Shown: piece by piece, positions 17,847 to 24,000 of the stretch
How the letters are laid out: every line of letters begins with the position of its first letter
Numbering within the stretch: the stretch's first letter is position 1
Sequence record: KC821625.1
Direction: 5' to 3' (one strand)
From: Cellulophaga phage phi13:1
DNA length: 24,000 bases
Translations under genes and position numbers: made by a program
The notes under the pieces: generated by a model
Databases searched by the model: none
Seen by the model: the letters and a program-made list of their open reading frames with translations, nothing else
What the model was told of the DNA's origin: nothing

Positions 17847-19781
17847 ATGATATTAGATCAAAAAGTTAGTTATTTTAGAAAAACAAGAGATACTGAAGTT
17901 GGAGGAGAATGGACAATATGTGAAGCTCTCGAAGCAATCCAACAAGAAAAGTATGGTGACATTATTTCAAAGATCAGAAAGAATGCTGGACTGATAGGTG
18001 ATGAATTGAAAAAAGATTTGCCAACAGTAGCTGTTCATGGATTATTTGAATTTAATAGAAAGAAATCTGATTTCATTCAAGCAAGTGGAATCATTATTAT
18101 GGATATCGATGATATTGATAAAGAAGATAATCTCGAAGAAATCAAAAGAGATATCATGGAATCAAGTGATCACGTTTTAGCTGTAATGATTTCTCCATCT
18201 GGAAATGGAATTAAGATTTTGTATTATGTTAATCCGGATGATGTAACTGTCGATACTTATAAGTTGATCGGAAAACAGTTACACAAAGAGTTTGATGTTT
18301 ACGGAAGTGTTGATAATTTATCAATAACAGATTGTTTGATTATGACAAGCGATCCAGATATTTTGATAAATGAGCAAGTTGAACCAGATCTACAATTTAT
18401 CCACATAGAGTTACCAAAAGAACAATCTGTTGATTTAGAAGAATTAGATAAAACAAAACCTTTATGGGAGGATGCAGAAGAATTTTTCAACACTGTTTTG
18501 TTCAACGATATCTCTCAAAAAACAGATAACAATTATCACTTCATTCAAGTGAGTATTCTTGATCTTGCTAAATATGGATTCAAACATCCTCAACACGATC
18601 TGAGTTTTGTTATTGATTTATCTGAAAGTGTATTTAAAGTTTCTTCAAGCAACAAAACTCGATTACTCGAAGCAAGTGAAATGGTGAAAAATAAACCTCA
18701 ATCATTATGGCCATACAAACTAGGTCAAGCTGAAGATGAAGGTTGGGATGAGCCATATGACTATTCAGATTATTCAGATGTAGTTGTTACTAAGAAGAAA
18801 ACTAAAGCTGAAAGTAAGTCAGAAAAAGATGACGATGAGGAAGATGATGATGGAATGGTTGAATTATCAACATTTTTTGACAAAGTTATTGATCAAATTA
18901 ACGAGGGAGATTCAGTTGGTTTTCGAGGATCTTTTGTAGAATTTAGCAATAATTTTAGATTGAAAGGAACTGGAATCTTGACAGTAACTGGGATTCCTGG
19001 ACACGGAAAGACTGAGTTTGTTGATGCAATGGTTCTTGATATGGCCAGATTATATGGACATTCAACAATTATGGTTGGTTTTGAACAATCTCCTCAAGAA
19101 CATATTGTTAAGTTGTTGAGAAAAATGATTGGAGCGGACATAACTTGTCCAACTTGGCTGAGTGAAGATGGTCGACCAAAATTATTAAGGCAAGCTTTCG
19201 ATTGGATAACTTCTAAAATTCATCACGTTGATGTTAATAGAGTTGGAGGAAATCTTGAAAAATTATTATCAAAATGTGCTTCTAAAATTCACAAATTAAG
19301 AACAGAAGGTCAAGATCCAAAATACGTAGTTATTGATCCATTCAATATGCTATCGATAAAAGCAAGAGTTATGGGTCATGAAAAAGCAGAAGAAATTCTG
19401 AGACAAATAACACACTTTTCACATCAGATGGGAGTTTTAGTATTCTTGGTTGCTCACCCATTCAAAATGAAAAAGAATGAAAAAACTGGAGAATATGATG
19501 TTCCTGATTTTTATAGTGTAAAAGGATCATCTGCTTTCTTTGAAATGTCATATCACGGATTAACTATCTACAGAAGACCTGATGGGTTAGTTATGGTCAA
19601 AGTATTGAAAGTTAAGCAGAACAATTTAGGAAATCGAGAATCTGAAACATTCTTCACATATAGAAGAGATTCAGGAAGATATGTTCCAGTTGATGAACAA
19701 GCTAACGAACAAGCAGGAGATCACAGAGATTTTGATTGGTTAGAAAAAGCAATACAAGTTGAAAATAATTTAAAAAAATAG
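17847..19781 (+). CDS. Replicative helicase/primase-like protein: BT4734/VirE-N-like N-terminus plus DnaB/RecA-like ATPase
   Basis: ASGIIIMDIDDIDKEDNLEEIKRDI...VLAVMISPSGNGIKILYYV; TGILTVTGIPGHGKTEFVDAMVLDMAR, YVVIDPFNML, VLVFLVAHPFKMKK, VKGSSAFFEMSYHGLTIYR. Confidence 0.82.
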   Translation: MILDQKVSYFRKTRDTEVGGEWTICEALEAIQQEKYGDIISKIRKNAGLIGDELKKDLPTVAVHGLFEFNRKKSDFIQASGIIIMDIDDIDKEDNLEEIKRDIMESSDHVLAVMISPSGNGIKILYYVNPDDVTVDTYKLIGKQLHKEFDVYGSVDNLSITDCLIMTSDPDILINEQVEPDLQFIHIELPKEQSVDLEELDKTKPLWEDAEEFFNTVLFNDISQKTDNNYHFIQVSILDLAKYGFKHPQHDLSFVIDLSESVFKVSSSNKTRLLEASEMVKNKPQSLWPYKLGQAEDEGWDEPYDYSDYSDVVVTKKKTKAESKSEKDDDEEDDDGMVELSTFFDKVIDQINEGDSVGFRGSFVEFSNNFRLKGTGILTVTGIPGHGKTEFVDAMVLDMARLYGHSTIMVGFEQSPQEHIVKLLRKMIGADITCPTWLSEDGRPKLLRQAFDWITSKIHHVDVNRVGGNLEKLLSKCASKIHKLRTEGQDPKYVVIDPFNMLSIKARVMGHEKAEEILRQITHFSHQMGVLVFLVAHPFKMKKNEKTGEYDVPDFYSVKGSSAFFEMSYHGLTIYRRPDGLVMVKVLKVKQNNLGNRESETFFTYRRDSGRYVPVDEQANEQAGDHRDFDWLEKAIQVENNLKK

Positions 19782-19804
19782 ATCAAGAGTAGCTATAAAT
19801 AGAG

Positions 19805-19812
19805 TACCTTTA
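19805..19812 (+). promoter_or_regulatory. Variant box TACCTTTA followed by TCAAAT
   Basis: GTACCTTTATCAAA matches the recurring box with one change; 38 nt before ATG 19851. Confidence 0.35.
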
Positions 19813-19850
19813 TCAAATAATAAAAAACAATAATTAATACAAAAAAATAT

Positions 19851-20051
19851 ATGTCTAAAATAAACGAACAATTATCAGAAGCACAACAAAGAGATTTATT
19901 AGAGAAAGATCTTTTAGAAATTGGATTAGAAGGAACGAGTGAAGATTTAGATCCAAATCAATTAGAAATAGATTTTCAAGATCTTTGTGGATATTCTGAA
20001 GAAGATGCTCGATTTGCAGCTCACAATGTTTCACTTTATGATCATCAATAA
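19851..20051 (+). CDS. Small acidic hypothetical protein
   Basis: 66 aa, rich in D/E; overlaps next start. Confidence 0.6.
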   Translation: MSKINEQLSEAQQRDLLEKDLLEIGLEGTSEDLDPNQLEIDFQDLCGYSEEDARFAAHNVSLYDHQ

Positions 20052-20476
20052 TGAAAATGGAACTAAAAATTAAGCCAAAACAGGTAACGAGAAGAGTTAT
20101 TCTACCTAGAATACCATCAGCTTTAGTGTCGATAATGATATCTTGCATTCAATCACATAAAGCTGATCAAGATAAAGGTAATGATCTAAATTTGACAATC
20201 ACAGAAAGTATTTTGAAATATCATATAAAGTTAGATATAGCTATATCAAATTATCCATCATTTATAAACGATGTTTCTAATCCAAATTTTAGACAATTAT
20301 CTTTCATAGCTGAAGTTTATAATGGAAATTTGAGAGATGCTCTTGATACTATAGAGTGGACAACAGATCATCCATATTTGCAAATTGCTAATTGTATTCC
20401 AAATTGGAGTCCAGATTCAACAAACTTCATTGATCAATTAGAACATTTGCGAAACTTCTTGAAAGAGTTAGAGTAA
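20051..20476 (+). CDS. Hypothetical protein
   Basis: 141-aa ORF coupled to previous gene; upstream of terminator. Confidence 0.65.
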   Translation: MKMELKIKPKQVTRRVILPRIPSALVSIMISCIQSHKADQDKGNDLNLTITESILKYHIKLDIAISNYPSFINDVSNPNFRQLSFIAEVYNGNLRDALDTIEWTTDHPYLQIANCIPNWSPDSTNFIDQLEHLRNFLKELE

Positions 20477-20500
20477 AAAATAAATTATAAATTATTTTTA

Positions 20501-20537
20501 AAAAAAGAGTAGTCATTTAGTTGTCTACTCTTTTTTT
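20501..20537 (+). terminator. Rho-independent terminator
   Basis: AAAAAGAGTAG ... CTACTCTTTTT with T-run. Confidence 0.85.
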
Positions 20538-20551
20538 GTTTTGTATCTTTA
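20520..20551 (+). promoter_or_regulatory. Candidate promoter TTG-N20-TATCTTTA
   Basis: TTG 20521-20523 and TATCTTTA 20544-20551 overlapping the terminator, 20 nt before ATG 20572. Confidence 0.55.
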
Positions 20552-20571
20552 TTGAAAGAAATTACGATATC

Positions 20572-21132
20572 ATGAAACATAAATTTATATTATTATCATT
20601 ATTAATTCAATCACTTTTTTCATATACTCAAACAAATGAGATTCTTGGATATTTCCCAATGAAAACATCTCATTTTCAAAAAATTAATAGTCCGTTAGCT
20701 ATTCACCAATATGCTTCAGATCAAGGTGGAAATCTTGGTGTTGTTGTTTTACTTAGAAAAAGCAAAGCTGATAGTGAAGTTTTTAAAGATACTGGTTTTG
20801 GTGTAGTTAGAAATAGCTTTGGAAAATTATCCTTTGTTGTTCAAAAAGGAATTGGATATAAAGTTGGTAAATTTGAAGGATCTATCAATGCTGGTTTTAT
20901 GTCAGGATATGATAATTTATTTGTAGGTCGAGTTGATTATGTTGATCCGATAACTGGAGAAAATATGTGGTGGGAATTAGGAGATATGCCTCTTCCAAAA
21001 ATAATGAAAGATTTAGGAGTTCTTCCAACATTTTTAGTATCAATATCTTATAAGATAAACGATACCTTTAGACCAACAGTAAATGTGAGTCCTGAATTTA
21101 TTAATGTAGGAATGACAATAAAATTCAAATAA
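20572..21132 (+). CDS. Secreted/outer-membrane beta-barrel-like protein
   Basis: ATG 20572 gives signal peptide MKHKFILLSLLIQSLFSYTQ; body has alternating/aromatic strands and ends in VGMTIKFK. The ORF-track start 20521 lies in the terminator. Confidence 0.6.
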   Translation: MKHKFILLSLLIQSLFSYTQTNEILGYFPMKTSHFQKINSPLAIHQYASDQGGNLGVVVLLRKSKADSEVFKDTGFGVVRNSFGKLSFVVQKGIGYKVGKFEGSINAGFMSGYDNLFVGRVDYVDPITGENMWWELGDMPLPKIMKDLGVLPTFLVSISYKINDTFRPTVNVSPEFINVGMTIKFK

Positions 21133-21158
21133 AAGTAGCTCAAACTAATAAGTATTTG

Positions 21159-21166
21159 TATCTTTA
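21159..21166 (+). promoter_or_regulatory. TATCTTTA box, candidate promoter
   Basis: GTATCTTTAACAAAA 20 nt before ATG 21186. Confidence 0.45.
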
Positions 21167-21185
21167 ACAAAAATAAAACATACCG

Positions 21186-21311
21186 ATGAAAAACAAGTTA
21201 CTTTTTATATTCAAGCACAGAATCGCAATTATCTCATTAAGCATCATGTTTATCTTATCAATTGTGATATTATCAATATTATCTCAATTATTAAATTATA
21301 TAGTTCAATGA
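21186..21311 (+). CDS. 41-aa single-pass membrane peptide
   Basis: MKNKLLFIFKHRIAIISLSIMFILSIVILSILSQLLNYIVQ*; stop overlaps next start (ATGA at 21308). Confidence 0.6.
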   Translation: MKNKLLFIFKHRIAIISLSIMFILSIVILSILSQLLNYIVQ

Positions 21312-21736
21312 AAAAACGTAAAAGAATTTGGTCTGAGTCTGAATTGCTAATTGCTTATTCAGTTGCTCTATGGGAAGATAGAATGAATTTCGATCATCAA
21401 TATTTTGTTGATGCTATTGGACAAACTACTTTGAATAGTTTTGCGAAACAAGTTGCAAACTTTAGATACTTATTAGGTCGAGAAGGATTTAAACTAGATC
21501 ATACCTCTAAAAAACAAAGAGAGATGATTGATAAGTATGATAAATGTTCAAAAGATAGTATCTTTATCCTTAATACTAAATTCTTGGAATCGAGATCTAT
21601 GGATATTGAGATCGCAAAAAGCAAAAGAAGAAGATCTCAACAGACCAAAAGAGTGGCTGCATTGAATGCTCAAATTGGAATCAATTTTGATCTTATGATT
21701 AAAAAAAGAGGCTTAAAAAAATATATTCAAAAATAA
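21308..21736 (+). CDS. Small protein with N-terminal W-E-x-E helical (HTH-like) domain
   Basis: IWSESELLIAYSVALWEDRMNFDHQYFVDAIGQTTLNSFAKQVANFRYLLG; basic region SKRRRSQQTKR. Confidence 0.65.
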   Translation: MKKRKRIWSESELLIAYSVALWEDRMNFDHQYFVDAIGQTTLNSFAKQVANFRYLLGREGFKLDHTSKKQREMIDKYDKCSKDSIFILNTKFLESRSMDIEIAKSKRRRSQQTKRVAALNAQIGINFDLMIKKRGLKKYIQK

Positions 21737-21761
21737 TTATTAATAACTAAATTTTAAACAA

Positions 21762-22217
21762 ATGATTCAAATTGCACAATTACACGTTTTCTTTCTAATC
21801 GTAGGACTTTTATTAATCTTCTCATTCTTTGTTTTGATCGCCATCGAATCAATATCAGAAGCAATTCGTCTTCAAAAAATTAATTTTGAAGTAGAACCTG
21901 AGAAAACAATAGTAGATCAAAAAACAGAAGTGAAAGTTGAGAAGCAAACAAAACCTAGATGGGATGAAGACGAAACTATTATTGCTTATCTAATTGCAAA
22001 AGTTTTTAGTCGAAACCAAAATATGATAAAAACCTTATCACAAGCATCAGGAAGATCAGTTGAATCAGTAACAAGAAAAGTCACTCGATTTGCTAATTCT
22101 TACGAGGTAGCTGAGACCGCAAAAACTGCGATAAGTTCTTTAGGTGATAGATCAATGAATGAGATAATAACCATTTACTCTCAGAGAATGAAGAAGATAC
22201 GTTCCAATAATGCTTAA
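21762..22217 (+). CDS. TM helix fused to W-E-x-E helical (HTH-like) domain, paralogue-like to the previous protein
   Basis: N-terminal TM VFFLIVGLLLIFSFFVLIAI, then RWDEDETIIAYLIAKVFSRNQNMIKTLSQASGRSVESVTRKVTRFANSYE. Confidence 0.65.
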   Translation: MIQIAQLHVFFLIVGLLLIFSFFVLIAIESISEAIRLQKINFEVEPEKTIVDQKTEVKVEKQTKPRWDEDETIIAYLIAKVFSRNQNMIKTLSQASGRSVESVTRKVTRFANSYEVAETAKTAISSLGDRSMNEIITIYSQRMKKIRSNNA

Positions 22218-22256
22218 CTTTTTTCTTAACTCGATACATTAGATAATAAAAAAAGA

Positions 22257-22291
22257 AAGGGATGTATTAGTATATACGAAAATCATCCCTT
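22257..22291 (+). terminator. Weak hairpin/possible terminator before the RNA polymerase gene
   Basis: AAGGGATG ... CATCCCTT, 19-nt loop, poor T tract. Confidence 0.35.
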
Positions 22292-22324
22292 AAATTTAAT
22301 CAATTTTAATATAGTTTATTTGAT

Positions 22325-24000
22325 ATGAATGATAATGAAAAAATGATGAAATCTCGTGGAGAGAAAAAAGTATGGAAAAACGTACTTACAAAAAATGGTG
22401 ATTTCAAAAACATTTCTTCTACTCAGTTGGGTCAACAAATGCTTCTTGATGATGCACTTGAGATTCTTCCTAAAATAAGACTTTGGATCGAAGAGGGTTC
22501 AGCTAAAGTTTATCGAGGTGCTTTACAAAAGTACTTTAAAGATGACGACATATTGTTGGAAAAAATATTGCAGAGCTTTCTTTTGATGTCAGGTGCTATT
22601 TATGAATCAGTTTCAAATAAGAACAAAAAGGTAATTCACTCAAGACATAAGAAAATTTCAACATTACAATCAAAAGTGATGCCTGAATTATCATTTGACT
22701 TAGTGTGGAGATTTTTAGAGATTTGTATTGATTTATCTCAATACTTTTCAGTAGAAAAAGATTTATCTTGCAAAGATGGTGATTTCAAAACTATACTAAA
22801 ATATAGTTGTAATATGTCTGAGAGCATAATTGAAAAATTAGCAATTGATGCAGCGAAAGCATTTTATCCATTACCGATGAGAGATCGTCCTATAGATTGG
22901 AAATATTATCCTCCAGTCGAGATTGAGGGTCAACCCTTACCTGAGTTTATTGAGGGTGGATATTCTGATTTTCAATTTGAGATGGTGAGAGCTCATATGC
23001 AATATGTTGATTATAGCAAATTTTCACAAGCGATTTATGATTCTATAAATTACATTCAATCAACTGCATGGATCGTAAATAAAGATTTATTGCAAGCTGT
23101 TAAGGCAGATTTGCGAGCTCCACTCAAATCACAATACATAAAAAATGAATACCCATCAAGTGATTTATGCAAATGGGATATCAAAATAAAAGAAGCAAAT
23201 TGTGGCTTAACAAAAAGAGAGATAGCTGAAGTTATTTTAGAAAGAGAAGATTTTCAAAATAAAGCAGCTTTGTATAATGCTGATGTTAGTGATTATGAAT
23301 CCGAGTTAGGAAAATATAGAGCAATTAGATTAGCAATTCAAATTGCAGAAGAATATCAAGATGATGAGCAAATCTATTTTCCTCATTCATTTGATTTCAG
23401 AGGTAGAATATATCCTCTTCCTATCGGATTAAGTCCTCAAGGATCAGATGCTGTAAAATCTTTGCTTTTGTATAAGAATACTCAGAAGTTGACTGAACGA
23501 GGTGAAAAGTGGAATTGGGCATATCTCGCTTCACTTTATGGTGATGATAAATTAGATTTCGAAGATAGAGTTGAAAGAGGTAAGCAGTTATTAGAGGCTG
23601 ACTATCATGAAGCAGATGAGCCATATCAATTTCTAAGTCATCAGATTGAGATCAAAAAATGGGTAAAGGATTCAAATTATATTCCAAATACTAGAATTCA
23701 CTTAGATGCTTGTAATAGTGGATCTCAATTTACATCAGCAATTACTGGAGATAAAAAGGGATGTTTAGCTACTAATGTTATTCCAACTTTCAACAAAGAT
23801 GGTGGACAAGATAGACAAGATGCATATTTGTTAGTTGCAGAAAGATCTTTAAAACTTACTGAGCAAATGATTAGTAAAGAAAAAGATGTTGAGACTAAAT
23901 CTCAATTAAGATTCTTGAAGGGATTACTAGTTGAGAATGGTAGAAAGATTTGCAAAGTTCCAGTTATGGTTTCAAATTATGGAGGTACTGCAGGAGGTAG
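22325..24000 (+). CDS. T7-family single-subunit DNA-directed RNA polymerase, truncated by the window edge
   Basis: ATG 22325, open to 24000: IEGGYSDFQFEMVR, INYIQSTAWIVNKDLL (cf. T7 NTAWKINKKVL), FDFRGRIYPLP, RIHLDACNSGSQFTSAITGD (cf. DGSCSGIQHFSAM), KICKVPVMVSNYGGTAGG (cf. KKPVMTLAYGATEFG). Confidence 0.9.
   Translation, partial: MNDNEKMMKSRGEKKVWKNVLTKNGDFKNISSTQLGQQMLLDDALEILPKIRLWIEEGSAKVYRGALQKYFKDDDILLEKILQSFLLMSGAIYESVSNKNKKVIHSRHKKISTLQSKVMPELSFDLVWRFLEICIDLSQYFSVEKDLSCKDGDFKTILKYSCNMSESIIEKLAIDAAKAFYPLPMRDRPIDWKYYPPVEIEGQPLPEFIEGGYSDFQFEMVRAHMQYVDYSKFSQAIYDSINYIQSTAWIVNKDLLQAVKADLRAPLKSQYIKNEYPSSDLCKWDIKIKEANCGLTKREIAEVILEREDFQNKAALYNADVSDYESELGKYRAIRLAIQIAEEYQDDEQIYFPHSFDFRGRIYPLPIGLSPQGSDAVKSLLLYKNTQKLTERGEKWNWAYLASLYGDDKLDFEDRVERGKQLLEADYHEADEPYQFLSHQIEIKKWVKDSNYIPNTRIHLDACNSGSQFTSAITGDKKGCLATNVIPTFNKDGGQDRQDAYLLVAERSLKLTEQMISKEKDVETKSQLRFLKGLLVENGRKICKVPVMVSNYGGTAGG

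Noticed and set aside
4784-20148. Minus-strand ORFs in the track (4784-4987, 6683-6898, 18299-18505, 19855-20148 and others)
   Set aside because: All lie antisense to well-supported or tightly packed plus-strand genes and have low-complexity translations with no recognisable motifs.
1-24000. CRISPR array, transposon or integron structures
   Set aside because: No regularly spaced direct repeats, transposase or integrase motifs, or terminal inverted repeats found on reading.
1-24000. Alternative genetic code or stop-codon reassignment
   Set aside because: Genes end with TAA, TAG or TGA close to the next start and conserved proteins read full length without in-frame stops.

Overview
AT-rich, almost entirely plus-strand, tightly packed block that reads as the replication/recombination and nucleotide-metabolism region of a tailed phage, probably infecting a Bacteroidetes host (BT4734/VirE-N-like domain on the helicase, Bacteroidetes-like promoter geometry, putative lipoprotein). 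Recognisable genes: SbcD/gp47-like nuclease, RecA, SbcC/Rad50/gp46-like ATPase, RuvC-fold resolvase, SNF2-family helicase, RNase HI, phosphoribosyltransferase, dNMP-kinase-like protein, ribonucleotide reductase alpha, HU/IHF-like protein, T5 A1-like metallophosphoesterase, phage replication-protein C-terminal domain, nucleoside deoxyribosyltransferase-like protein, primase/helicase-like protein. The 3' edge holds a truncated T7-family single-subunit RNA polymerase that is absent from the supplied ORF track. Most notable non-coding signal: a recurring intergenic box (TATCTTTA, often within GTATCTTTATCAAAA) that looks like a promoter. At two genes it is followed, at an identical 6-nt distance, by a minimal tRNA-like acceptor/T-arm minihelix with the 11-mer GGTTCGATTCC. 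Second notable signal: adjacent small genes before the RNA polymerase in which a W-E-x-E helical domain occurs once as a soluble protein next to a 41-aa membrane peptide, and once fused to a transmembrane helix. Domain calls are by motif recognition only; no database search was run.
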